Shown: in pieces, positions 18,059 to 27,684 of the stretch
Layout of the letters: each line of letters opens with the position of its first letter
Numbering within the stretch: position 1 is the stretch's first letter
From: Candidatus Nomurabacteria bacterium
GTDB lineage: Bacteria > Patescibacteriota > Minisyncoccia > Phycocordibacterales > UBA918
Assembly: GCA_023898585.1 (NCBI GenBank)
Contig: CP060229.1
Coordinates: 314,709 to 378,708, forward strand
Length of the DNA: 64,000 bases
Direction: 5' to 3'
Notes under the pieces: generated by a model
The model's database searches: none
Seen by the model: the letters and a program-made list of their open reading frames with translations, nothing else
What the model was told of the DNA's origin: nothing
Translations under genes and position numbers: made by a program

Positions 18059-18949
18059 ATGCAGGAGCAGAGTAGCAAAAAGGTTGTTGGAGCTACCATT
18101 ATTGGTTTTGCTTTGGTGGCACTCGCCTACACGGTCGGCAATTTTGGCGAGCGAAAAAACGCCGTTCAACCAGCCAGCGTCAGGGCGACATCACCGGTCG
18201 AACGCGTATCTATCGAGGTGACGGACAATGACAACAACGGTATCGAGGACTGGCGAGATCAATTTGTCACCACTGCTCCGGTTGTGCTCGACAAAGCCTC
18301 ATCCACCTATGTCAGACCTGAGACCTTAACGGGAAAAATGAGTATTGATTTCATGGAAAACATCATCCGTTCGCGCGGTTATGGTGAGTTTGGACGAAGC
18401 GACGAAGAAGTGATTAGTGATACGGTTAATTATTTGGTGAGAGAAACCGCCGATAAGCTTTATGGTAAATCAGATATTACCATCATGGAGGAATGGGACG
18501 ATCAAGATATAGTGAATTACGCCAACACGGTGGCTGCTACCTTATACCGACACAACATTCCCAACATGGATTCAGAACTCACAATACTTAACGATATCGT
18601 GAAAAATAAGGAGGAAAATCGAGTGGTTGAACTCAAATCATTAATGAATGCGTACCGAAACTACCGAGACGACACTTTGAAAATACCGGTTCCTAAGTTC
18701 TTGGCTAAAGAACATCTGGATTTGATAAATACCTACCATGCTGTATTTAAAGACATCGAAGCCATGTCGATTGCGCTTGAGGATCCGGTGGTTTCACTAC
18801 TGCGTCTGAAGCGCTACGAAGATGACGCCACCGGACTCGGTTACGCTCTAAAAAACATGTACTTGGCACTCGAACCTCACGCCGGCTTGTTCACGACGGA
18901 AGACCCGGCTGTGTTGTTTGTTATTTTTAGTCCCGATTATCAATTATAA
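18059..18949 (+). CDS. Hypothetical membrane-anchored protein (N-terminal TM); first gene of the T4SS-like locus
   Basis: ORF plus hydrophobic N-terminus; no known motif. Confidence 0.4.
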   Translation: MQEQSSKKVVGATIIGFALVALAYTVGNFGERKNAVQPASVRATSPVERVSIEVTDNDNNGIEDWRDQFVTTAPVVLDKASSTYVRPETLTGKMSIDFMENIIRSRGYGEFGRSDEEVISDTVNYLVRETADKLYGKSDITIMEEWDDQDIVNYANTVAATLYRHNIPNMDSELTILNDIVKNKEENRVVELKSLMNAYRNYRDDTLKIPVPKFLAKEHLDLINTYHAVFKDIEAMSIALEDPVVSLLRLKRYEDDATGLGYALKNMYLALEPHAGLFTTEDPAVLFVIFSPDYQL

Positions 18950-18959
18950 TTAATTACCT

Positions 18960-20342
18960 ATGGACACTTTCTTTACGATTCTCAAAAAAACTGTAGTGGC
19001 GACTGTTTTTGTGATTTTTGGTTTCATTGGAACCTACGTTCCGCAAGACTGGGAAAGCGTGAAAGTGGCAGAAGCCGGTGGAGGGGCAGGCGGTGTGGCG
19101 CAAGAGTCAACCCAGATGGCACAATTTGTAGCCGACAAGGCCTTCCAGGCGGCTTCAATCGCTAAGGAAACAATAACAGCCTTCGCCACCGATTATCTCT
19201 ACATCAAGAACTTTTCACTTGATGGTATCGCCTGGGCCTTGGCTAAATCTATCGTCAGCTCGATGGTACAAAGTCTTATCCATTGGATAAATTCCGGCTT
19301 TCAAGGCAGTCCAGCTTTCGTGCAAGACCTCCAAGGATTTCTCATTAACGCGGCCGACGCGGCCATGGGTGAGTACATAGAAAAACTTGGGAGCGTTGGT
19401 TCTTTCATCTGTTCACCGTTTAGGCTCGATATACAAATCGCCATTGCCACTCAGTACCAACTCGGCAGAATTGATCAACCGGCACCAACCTGTACTTTAA
19501 GCGGTATCATAGACAACCTAGAAGGTTTTACTTCCGGACTACAAGGAAGCTTTGGGGAAGGCGGGTGGAACGATTGGTTTGATATTACTTCTTCTCCTCA
19601 TATGTACACCAAATACGGCGCCGCTCTGTCGGCCGAAGTCGGAGCTCGTGCCCAAATCGTCAACGCCAAAGGAGAAGCTTTTTCCATTCTAGATTTTGGT
19701 GACGGATTTCTCTCCGGCGAAATATGCAATACTGTACACGGAGCTGGTGTCGCGAAAAAAGACTGTTTTATCTCCAAGCCGGGTAAAATTATCCAGGAAG
19801 CCTTAACTTTTGATCTTTCTATCGGCCCAAGGTCGCTTATAGAAGCGGACGAGGTTAATGAGGTAATCGGAGCTTTTCTTGGCCAGATCGCCAATAAGGC
19901 TATCACGGGCGCAGCCGGTTTGCTTGGCCTCGGTGGAGCAAACGGCTCTGTCACAGGCTCGTTTGACGCCAATTTTGACCCGGTCTTGTCGACCAACTCC
20001 ACCCTTGATCTAAGCAGAATGCAAAACGCCCGCGCCATCCAAAAAGACTACAACACTCTGGCTACCACCTACCGTTCAAGACTGATTGCTTTCGCTAACG
20101 ATTCTACCAACAGCGCCAGTTTGCGCTCTCAAGCTAGCGCCGGTGCCAACAACGCGCAGGTTATCATGTCGAACACTTCCTCGGACATCATCACCCTTAA
20201 TGAGCTGATAGCCGACCATTCCGATCCGTTTGCTACCGAAGCAGAACAAGACAACATAATGGTCATCTTCTCCGGACTGAATCTTTATTCGGATATAGAC
20301 ATAGACTCATCGAGAGCGGCTTGGGAAGCTATTTTGAAGTAA
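18960..20342 (+). CDS. Hypothetical secreted/membrane-anchored Gly/Ala-rich protein in the T4SS-like locus
   Basis: N-terminal TM; the start is 10 nt after the previous stop. Confidence 0.4.
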   Translation: MDTFFTILKKTVVATVFVIFGFIGTYVPQDWESVKVAEAGGGAGGVAQESTQMAQFVADKAFQAASIAKETITAFATDYLYIKNFSLDGIAWALAKSIVSSMVQSLIHWINSGFQGSPAFVQDLQGFLINAADAAMGEYIEKLGSVGSFICSPFRLDIQIAIATQYQLGRIDQPAPTCTLSGIIDNLEGFTSGLQGSFGEGGWNDWFDITSSPHMYTKYGAALSAEVGARAQIVNAKGEAFSILDFGDGFLSGEICNTVHGAGVAKKDCFISKPGKIIQEALTFDLSIGPRSLIEADEVNEVIGAFLGQIANKAITGAAGLLGLGGANGSVTGSFDANFDPVLSTNSTLDLSRMQNARAIQKDYNTLATTYRSRLIAFANDSTNSASLRSQASAGANNAQVIMSNTSSDIITLNELIADHSDPFATEAEQDNIMVIFSGLNLYSDIDIDSSRAAWEAILK

Positions 20343-20352
20343 AACCACACGT

Positions 20353-22560
20353 ATGAACGTTCTTAAGAAAAACATTCCGACTCTATCGCTACTCGCTCTA
20401 CTGCTCTTAAGTACGCCTTTTGTGGTTTTTGCTCAAGAAGGAGCTATCGAAAAAACATTGTGGTTCATTGCGAACGGTGTTTTCGGGACACTTTTTGGGC
20501 TGGCTGGAATGTTGTTGGATTGGGGTATAAAAGATTTTGTTATCGGTTTTGGTGATTCTTTTACCAAACCGGGTGGAGTGGGTTTTGTGGTCGATGCCTT
20601 GTGGGTGAATGTGCGCGATCTTTTTAATATCACTTTCATTTTCGGCTTGGTCTACATCGGCTTTAAAATGATTCTCGATAGCGACGACTCCAACACCAAA
20701 CGCTGGTTGATCAACCTTATCATGGCGGCTATTCTGGTTAATTTCAGCCTCTATATCACTAAATTGATCGTAGACCTTGCAAATATTACCGCCTCTCAGA
20801 TTGCAATAAACGGTTTCGAGACCGGATCAAAAGAAATCTCTGAACAATTCATGAATTATTTGGGCATCAACAGTGTTTGGGGCCTTGATAAAATACCTTC
20901 ATTGGAGGGTGGGGCATATGGTTACATTTTTGGAGCTGCCATTCTCTTTATCGTCGGCACATTTGTCTTTGCGGCTGGGGGAATAATGCTCATTTTCCGC
21001 TACGGCATGCTTTGTCTCTATATGGTGCTTTCCCCTTTGATGTTTATCGGCTGGGTCTTCCCCCAGCTACAGAGCGAGACTAGTAAGTACTGGAAAGGTT
21101 TTTTGGGGCGAGCCTTCTTTGCCCCCCTTTATCTTTTGCTCTTATTTTTCTCACTAAAAGTTATTGCTGGTTTCTATGGCGCAGACAATAGCTCTCCCGC
21201 CTTCCATAAATTATTTGTAGGCGGGGGTGACAACATTGAACCATCATTTTCAACAACACTGCCACCGTTTATTCTGTCCTGCTTCTTCATGATCGCTTCG
21301 GTCGTTGTCGCCAACAAACTGGGGGCCGATGGCGCCAGCCAAGCACTCCGGATTGGCAACAACCTGCGTGGCCGAGCACAGAGAGGGTTGCAACGAACAG
21401 CTATTGGAGCCACTCGATTCACGGCTTCACAAACTGCTGGTAGGATAGCGAGGCCACTTTCTAATGTGGCCGGCAATTACGCTAACAAGCAAATTACCAA
21501 ATGGCAGGAGGGAAGAGGCAGTGTCATAATGGGTGCTCTCGCCAACACGGTGGCGGGAGACACGATAATGAGAGGAGCGGCGACTAAAATGAAAGGGGCT
21601 AAATTCGGCCTAGCCAACACCTCTGATGAGGAAAGAGCGAAGAAAGACGCCATCAACAAGAGAAATGAAAACGCAGAGATAACCAGAAGAGGAGTGTCTG
21701 CTCAGGAAGAACTCGACAAAGAAAAAGAGACCACGGGAAGCATCGCAACTACCGGTCAGATTTGGGATCAGAGTCAAGGTAAAATGGTTAACCGAAGCAC
21801 CCTCACTCCAGATGAAATTAAAGTTCTACTTGAACAAAACGCAGCCAAAATGCAGAGTGTGGTCACTGGCTACTCCGACAAACAGTTGGAAGAAATGTTT
21901 AATAACGATAGGGAGAAATTTGACAGTATTGTTGGTCATCTTAAGGCCAGCCAATTCGATAAGTTGGTGAGTAGCGACGGAATTCCACAAACCGAGAAAG
22001 GTAAAATGTTGAGCTTAAGACAAAAGACCATTGAGAAAACGTTTATGCAGAACGGTAAAATCCTTACTGAGGAGTTCCAAAACCTCTCCATCGAACAAAT
22101 TGAGGCAATGGGAGACGACTTCATTCGCCAAAACGCACACCTATTCTCTGAAAGCCAGATGGAATCTATTAAGAAGAGCAGTTCGTTCACCGAAAGCCAG
22201 AAGGGCTCCTATATTGGCACCCGAAAGAAGAATCAGGTTGATATGGCAAACGATCCACACCGATTGGAGCAACTGTTCAAACACAACGCTCGAGGTTCAA
22301 CCGGTAGTTATTCAAAAGAAAAGAAAGCGATTGAAATCGCCAGTCTTCCATTCGAAGTGTTTATTGATAGTAGCGGAACACCAAATGATGTCGCTGTAAG
22401 CAAGATAGATGGTAGCGTCTTGGAACAAATTGCTAAAAAAGACACCATGACCGCAGACCAACGAAGAGAAATTGCAAAAGCTGTACGAGGTATCCCGGTA
22501 CCAAACGATAAGGCTATTAAATACTTGAACACCTCTCAAGGAAGAAGATATTACAGCTAA
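20353..22560 (+). CDS. Polytopic membrane protein, VirB6/TrbL-like candidate (signal peptide, ~6-7 TM helices, ~380-aa hydrophilic C-terminal extension)
   Basis: Topology resembles VirB6/TcpH-type channel subunits; no direct motif evidence. Confidence 0.4.
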   Translation: MNVLKKNIPTLSLLALLLLSTPFVVFAQEGAIEKTLWFIANGVFGTLFGLAGMLLDWGIKDFVIGFGDSFTKPGGVGFVVDALWVNVRDLFNITFIFGLVYIGFKMILDSDDSNTKRWLINLIMAAILVNFSLYITKLIVDLANITASQIAINGFETGSKEISEQFMNYLGINSVWGLDKIPSLEGGAYGYIFGAAILFIVGTFVFAAGGIMLIFRYGMLCLYMVLSPLMFIGWVFPQLQSETSKYWKGFLGRAFFAPLYLLLLFFSLKVIAGFYGADNSSPAFHKLFVGGGDNIEPSFSTTLPPFILSCFFMIASVVVANKLGADGASQALRIGNNLRGRAQRGLQRTAIGATRFTASQTAGRIARPLSNVAGNYANKQITKWQEGRGSVIMGALANTVAGDTIMRGAATKMKGAKFGLANTSDEERAKKDAINKRNENAEITRRGVSAQEELDKEKETTGSIATTGQIWDQSQGKMVNRSTLTPDEIKVLLEQNAAKMQSVVTGYSDKQLEEMFNNDREKFDSIVGHLKASQFDKLVSSDGIPQTEKGKMLSLRQKTIEKTFMQNGKILTEEFQNLSIEQIEAMGDDFIRQNAHLFSESQMESIKKSSSFTESQKGSYIGTRKKNQVDMANDPHRLEQLFKHNARGSTGSYSKEKKAIEIASLPFEVFIDSSGTPNDVAVSKIDGSVLEQIAKKDTMTADQRREIAKAVRGIPVPNDKAIKYLNTSQGRRYYS

Positions 22561-22567
22561 TATAATT

Positions 22568-23143
22568 ATGGAAATCACCAACGAACAACGTGACCAGGCT
22601 TACGAAACAGCAACCCCTGAGCAGAAATATTTGTATGCCGATCCGGAAAGCGGTCAGAAGATGTACGACATTGCGAATAAACACAACATTGTAAATGACG
22701 AGCAATACAATAAATACGCAATGATAGTTGGTGACGTGGTTTTAAATCTACGTAAAAGGTCTGATCTTCCAGCCTTACTGTCCAACTCACTCGGAATTAG
22801 TTCTGAAAAAGCGACTTCTATTGCGACTGACTTGATTGATTTTCTAGATCGTAAACCGATACAAAACACCGAGATCGACCTCTCCGCTGACATCGCAGAA
22901 ACTGAAGCTTCGCTCAAGGCCGTGCCACGCATACGCACCATGATGACCGACATGGACAAGGTTCAAACACCGGGCGAAAAAGTTTACTCTTCGACCCAGG
23001 AAGCAATTTTAAAAGACTCCAAACCAGCTGTTGCCGTTATGGTACCAGTCCCGCTACCGAGACCGACCGCTCCTCCTACCTCTTCTCCACCGCCAATACC
23101 GAAGCCTCAGAACTTCAAAAAAGACACCGGCAGTTGGGGATAG
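22568..23143 (+). CDS. Hypothetical protein with Pro-rich C-terminus
   Basis: ORF only. Confidence 0.35.
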   Translation: MEITNEQRDQAYETATPEQKYLYADPESGQKMYDIANKHNIVNDEQYNKYAMIVGDVVLNLRKRSDLPALLSNSLGISSEKATSIATDLIDFLDRKPIQNTEIDLSADIAETEASLKAVPRIRTMMTDMDKVQTPGEKVYSSTQEAILKDSKPAVAVMVPVPLPRPTAPPTSSPPPIPKPQNFKKDTGSWG

Positions 23144-23192
23144 TTGGAATCTTTAATAATTTTTCAGACACCACCATGTATAATGGTGGTGT

Positions 23193-23609
23193 ATGCGTTT
23201 TGAAGTTCCGCAATTCATTGAAATCGAGGATAAAATTTTCGGACCATTTACTTGGCGACAATTCGTCTATCTGGGCGGAGGAATCGGTTTGGCAGTAATC
23301 ATATTTTTTTATCTGCCCCTCATAGTATTTATTTTGTTCGGCATTCCTTTAGCCCTACTAGCCGGAGCGCTCTCTTTCTATCCGGTCAACAACCGCCCTT
23401 TCTCATTTTTTCTTGAAGCCATCTTCAATTATCTAAGCGGGCAGAGACTGTATCTCTGGAGACAGAAATCAAACATCGTACACCGTGGTTCGAGACCGAC
23501 CAAAACATCAGCTTCGTCAAGAGAAAGAAACCGTAGCCTGCGACCAAAAAGTGACATCGCCTCCCTGGCCCGTAAACTGGAATTACAAGCCCTACAAAAA
23601 ATTGAGTAA
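23193..23609 (+). CDS. PrgI/VirB3-like small two-TM membrane protein
   Basis: 138 aa, short cytoplasmic N-terminus then two adjacent TM helices; positioned immediately upstream of VirB4 as in Gram-positive-type T4SS operons. Confidence 0.45.
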   Translation: MRFEVPQFIEIEDKIFGPFTWRQFVYLGGGIGLAVIIFFYLPLIVFILFGIPLALLAGALSFYPVNNRPFSFFLEAIFNYLSGQRLYLWRQKSNIVHRGSRPTKTSASSRERNRSLRPKSDIASLARKLELQALQKIE

Positions 23610-23611
23610 TT

Positions 23612-24259
23612 ATGCCAAAATCACAAGCTTCCACACAAGATTTTGTCTCGGTAAGAGACATTAAGGAAAATGTCGTCATCAACAAAAACGGTCAGATGAC
23701 AATGGTGCTTTTGGCTTCTTCCATCAACTTCGCACTCAAGTCGCTCGACGAGCAAAAAGCTATTTTGCAACAATTTCAGCAGTTCTTGAACACGCTTGAT
23801 TTCACTCTGCAAATATTTATCCAGTCAAGAAGGCTGAACATTGAACCATATCTGGCCACGCTCTCCAACTTGGAAGAAAAACAAGACAACGACCTGATGC
23901 GCGTTCAACTGCGTGAATATGTCGAATTTATCCAAACCTTTACACAGGATGTAGACGTGATGAGTAAGAATTTTTTTGTGGTAATTCCTTACTCACCGTC
24001 AAAAATAAACATTGCTAAAGGCATCACCAATCTGTTCACCCCCGGATCGAGCAGAATGATACTGCCGGACGAGACACGTTTTGAAGAACATCGTATTCAG
24101 TTGGAGCAACGCGCGGGGATGGTATCGGAAGGTTTGGCGCGCGTTGGAGTGAGAACCATCACCCTGCAGAAAGATGATTTGGTTGAATTTTTCTACCACC
24201 TCTACAACCCGGGAGACTTGACCGGCTCTTCTCCACAAATTGATAATGAATATAATTAA
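23612..24259 (+). CDS. VirB4/TraC-family ATPase, N-terminal segment (separated from the ATPase body by one in-frame TAA)
   Basis: Same reading frame as 24263..26065; VRDIKENVVINKNGQMTMVLL... resembles the VirB4 N-terminal region. Confidence 0.5.
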   Translation: MPKSQASTQDFVSVRDIKENVVINKNGQMTMVLLASSINFALKSLDEQKAILQQFQQFLNTLDFTLQIFIQSRRLNIEPYLATLSNLEEKQDNDLMRVQLREYVEFIQTFTQDVDVMSKNFFVVIPYSPSKINIAKGITNLFTPGSSRMILPDETRFEEHRIQLEQRAGMVSEGLARVGVRTITLQKDDLVEFFYHLYNPGDLTGSSPQIDNEYN

Positions 24260-24262
24260 AAT

Positions 24263-26065
24263 ATGGGACTAAAAGAACTTCTACAACCACCGCAAAGTGG
24301 TGATCAGGGAAACAAAGACAGCATCAAAGATCAGATGATGACTCTGTCGGACGTAATTGCTCCGTCTGCCGTCAGTATAAATCCGCGCGGAATCAATGTG
24401 AGCGGTGTCACCGCGCGTGTGTACTACGCGGTCTCTTATCCTCGTTATCTAAACGACGGTTGGATTGAGCCGGTCTTGAACATGGCCAAGGAGTTGGATG
24501 TTTCTATTTTTATTCACCCGGTTGATACGGTTGATACTTTGAAGAAATTTCAAAAGAAAGTGGCCGAGGTGCAGAGCCAGATAAACATCAAGGCCGACAA
24601 GGGGGAAGTGCGCGACCCACAACTCGAAGCTGCCTACCGCAACTTGGAGGAACTTAGAGACAAACTGCAACAAGCGGAAGAGAAGCTTTTTGATGTTGGT
24701 TTTTATCTTGCAATCTACGGCGAGAATGACACCGAGATCAACCAAGTGGAAAATGAAGTGCGGGGTATTTTGGACGCCCGTTTGGTGATGGTAAAACCGG
24801 CTTTGTTCCAGCAAGAACAAGGAATAAAAAGTGTCTTGCCCTTGGCAGACGATCAACTCTTGGTGCACAGCAAATTCAACTCGGAACCACTTTCAAGCTT
24901 CTTTCCCTTTACCTCATTCGACCTTACCTCAGACACCGGTATTCTCTACGGCATCAATCGCCACAATTCTTCCTTGGTACTTTTCGACCGATACACGCTC
25001 ACCAACTACAACTCCGTCACCTTCGCCACCTCCGGCGCGGGTAAATCGTACGCTTTGAAATTGGAAATTTTGCGCTCGTTGATGTTTGGCACTGAGGTTA
25101 TCGTTCTTGATCCGGAGCATGAATACGAATACCTGGCCGATGCGACGGGGGGAAGATTCTTTAATATTTCCCTGTCCTCCAACCACCACGTTAATCCTTT
25201 CGACTTACCGCCACCGAGCAAAGATGAGGATCCGAGGGACGTTCTTCGTACCCATATTATCGAGCTGGTCGGACTTTTCCGCTTGATGCTCGGTGGCCTG
25301 ACCGCAGAAGAAGAAACTTTGATCGACCTCGCCATCCAAGAAACTTATGCCTTGAAAGACATCACCGGCGATACAGACTTTGGTGATATGGAACCACCGC
25401 TTCTTTCTGATTTTGAAATGGTGCTCGCGGGAATGGACGGTAGCAATTCACTAATCACCCGACTGCAAAAATACACCTCGGGAACCTGGTCCGGTTTCAT
25501 GAACCAACCAACCAACGTGGACATCAACCAAAAGTTTGTGGTGTTTTCACTTCGTGACATGGAGGACGAACTGAAGACCATCGCCATGTACATTATTACC
25601 AACTTCATTTGGGGCTCGATCAGGCGTCGCACCGCCAAGCGACTAATGGTAATTGATGAAGCCTGGTGGATGATGAAATCGGAGGACACCGCTTCTTTCT
25701 TGTTTAGTTTGGCCAAAAGAGGACGAAAGTACTACCTCGGCATCGCCACCATCACTCAAGATGTGGATGATTTTTTACGCTCTCCTTACGGCGTGCCGAT
25801 GATAACCAACTCTTCCATTCAACTTTTGATGAAACAATCACCAACCGCTATCGATAACATTCAAAAAACTTTTAACTTGACCGACGAGGAAAAATATCTG
25901 TTACTTGAGTCCAATGTGGGTGAGGGTATATTCTTTGCCGGACTGAAACACGTGGCTATCAAAATTATCGCCTCGTACACCGAAGACCAAATCATCACTT
26001 CCGACCCGTCTCAACTTCTCCAAATTAAAAAAGCACGCGAAGAACTGCAAGCATCACGTATGTAG
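24263..26065 (+). CDS. VirB4/TraC/CagE-family type IV secretion ATPase (main body)
   Basis: CagE/TrbE/VirB-type N-domain, Walker A FATSGAGKSYALK, Walker B MVIDEAWWMM, C-terminal TQDVDDF region. Confidence 0.8.
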   Translation: MGLKELLQPPQSGDQGNKDSIKDQMMTLSDVIAPSAVSINPRGINVSGVTARVYYAVSYPRYLNDGWIEPVLNMAKELDVSIFIHPVDTVDTLKKFQKKVAEVQSQINIKADKGEVRDPQLEAAYRNLEELRDKLQQAEEKLFDVGFYLAIYGENDTEINQVENEVRGILDARLVMVKPALFQQEQGIKSVLPLADDQLLVHSKFNSEPLSSFFPFTSFDLTSDTGILYGINRHNSSLVLFDRYTLTNYNSVTFATSGAGKSYALKLEILRSLMFGTEVIVLDPEHEYEYLADATGGRFFNISLSSNHHVNPFDLPPPSKDEDPRDVLRTHIIELVGLFRLMLGGLTAEEETLIDLAIQETYALKDITGDTDFGDMEPPLLSDFEMVLAGMDGSNSLITRLQKYTSGTWSGFMNQPTNVDINQKFVVFSLRDMEDELKTIAMYIITNFIWGSIRRRTAKRLMVIDEAWWMMKSEDTASFLFSLAKRGRKYYLGIATITQDVDDFLRSPYGVPMITNSSIQLLMKQSPTAIDNIQKTFNLTDEEKYLLLESNVGEGIFFAGLKHVAIKIIASYTEDQIITSDPSQLLQIKKAREELQASRM

Positions 26066-26079
26066 TATACTTCTGGTAT

Positions 26080-27039
26080 ATGGCGGAGCCTCAAATAGAC
26101 GATAAAGATTTATATAGCCGATCAAAGGGTAGAGGAAAGGCCATTAGCGACCTTTATTACGGCGCGGATCTAAAATCCGTCCCGACGAAAAGACCAGGGG
26201 TTGGAGACCGAATAACCGACCCCGAGCGAAGAGTGTTTAACCCCAACCAGACTTGGAACGTGCGCACTTCAACCATGCCCGGCTCATCCCGCAATCAAGA
26301 ATTCAACCCCGGCAAACCGGACATTTCGACGGAATTCACAGAGGCCCAGAAGGAAAGACTGACTCAGTCTGATTTACTAAACAAAATAGACACCCGGAAA
26401 CAAGAGCCGTACAAACCGATCTCACAAATCGATCGCTCCGCCAGAGTGGAATATTCTTCCGAGCCGGCAGTGGCATCGACGGCGCTGGCGAACAAAATTT
26501 TAGAGAAGGAGAGAGAGAAGAAAAAGAAAAAAACCACTCCTTTAACCCGCGCTAGGGTGACAGGAGTGAATACCGGTATTTGGATTGGTGGAGTGGGTAG
26601 TTGGTTGGTTTTTCAGCTTCCTTTTGCGATCGTGAGCGCGATGATGTTGGGAGTTGCTGGGGGGATAGATGCACTGAGAGCATCAGTCGGAACTATGAAG
26701 AACGAAATGGGAATATGGTACACCCTCGGAAAAGCTTCTGTTGCTACTCTTGATGGGATTGATGGTCTTATATCGAAAATAACTGGTTTCAAAATTTTAG
26801 ATCTTCCGATCAACCTATTCGCACTCACCTATATGGTAGTTTTAGCCTACGGAACCTTCTTATTGATACTTATTTACATCCTATACAAATTAAACCGTTT
26901 TAGGCCTCTGTCTGGAAAAGCAAGTGGTACGAAATACGGTTTTTTCCTTCTCGCTTTTGTGGGCTATGCTATCCCTATTTTAAACATCTTTCCGTGTTTT
27001 ATACCATGGACAATAGCTGTTTGGTTTAAACCAAAATAA
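26080..27039 (+). CDS. Hypothetical membrane protein (hydrophilic N-terminal half, ~4 C-terminal TM helices)
   Basis: ORF and hydropathy only. Confidence 0.4.
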   Translation: MAEPQIDDKDLYSRSKGRGKAISDLYYGADLKSVPTKRPGVGDRITDPERRVFNPNQTWNVRTSTMPGSSRNQEFNPGKPDISTEFTEAQKERLTQSDLLNKIDTRKQEPYKPISQIDRSARVEYSSEPAVASTALANKILEKEREKKKKKTTPLTRARVTGVNTGIWIGGVGSWLVFQLPFAIVSAMMLGVAGGIDALRASVGTMKNEMGIWYTLGKASVATLDGIDGLISKITGFKILDLPINLFALTYMVVLAYGTFLLILIYILYKLNRFRPLSGKASGTKYGFFLLAFVGYAIPILNIFPCFIPWTIAVWFKPK

Positions 27040-27119
27040 TTTGATAATTTAAAATAAAATGCCCAGTCATTAAACTGACTAGGCAAAAATAAACTGGTTT
27101 TGTCGATTGTTGACGTGAG

Positions 27120-27428
27120 CTAAATATCAAACAGCAAAACCGTCTTTTCTTTTAAGATTAAGCCTGGTTTACATTCCTCTCCAACCTCGCGATTCAGTTT
27201 ACAGATCTCATCTACCGAAAGTCCGTAAGTTTTTGCAAACAAGGACAATTCGGTATCTTCATGAGGGAATATGCAAGACTGCCCCTTTGTGTCGAAACAA
27301 TCTTTTTTGTTGAGTTTTTTTACGACGAGGTATTTGACTGCATCAGCAGCCGAAACCTGAGTCGTGAAACCCAGAGCCAGAATCAGTGCAGCTACAACGA
27401 TAGCTGCAAGTTTATTCAACTTGGCCAT
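27120..27428 (-). CDS. Small secreted protein with LysM-like segment and 4 Cys
   Basis: GAGGAGG RBS 5 nt upstream of the ATG at 27428; signal peptide MAKLNKLAAIVVAALILALGFTTQVSA. Confidence 0.4.
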   Translation of the reverse strand: MAKLNKLAAIVVAALILALGFTTQVSAADAVKYLVVKKLNKKDCFDTKGQSCIFPHEDTELSLFAKTYGLSVDEICKLNREVGEECKPGLILKEKTVLLFDI

Positions 27429-27552
27429 GTGGCCTCCTCGCGCCGTGGCGCTGCAAAAATTATGAAAAAGGGACCCCTCCTTGTCCAAGAACATTTGCGC
27501 GTCCATGCGCACCTATCTCTTTCGTACCACAATGTGCTACTTTTGGCAATAG

Positions 27553-27640
27553 GTTATCCACTGTGTTGTCAACAGGTTTTTCCACAGAGTTATTGTTAGC
27601 TTATCCACTGAGTTGGTATTCATTTCCCACAGATTAGTCA
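27553..27640 (+). promoter_or_regulatory. Tandem array of four DnaA-box-like 9-mers spaced ~23-24 bp apart
   Basis: TTATCCACT (27553), TTTTCCACA (27577), TTATCCACT (27601), TTTCCCACA (27623), all in the same orientation, each followed by a degenerate ~14-nt spacer. Confidence 0.45.
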
Positions 27641-27684
27641 ACATGTTCATAAAACCGTCCCTTCATCTGCTATTATTATAAACA

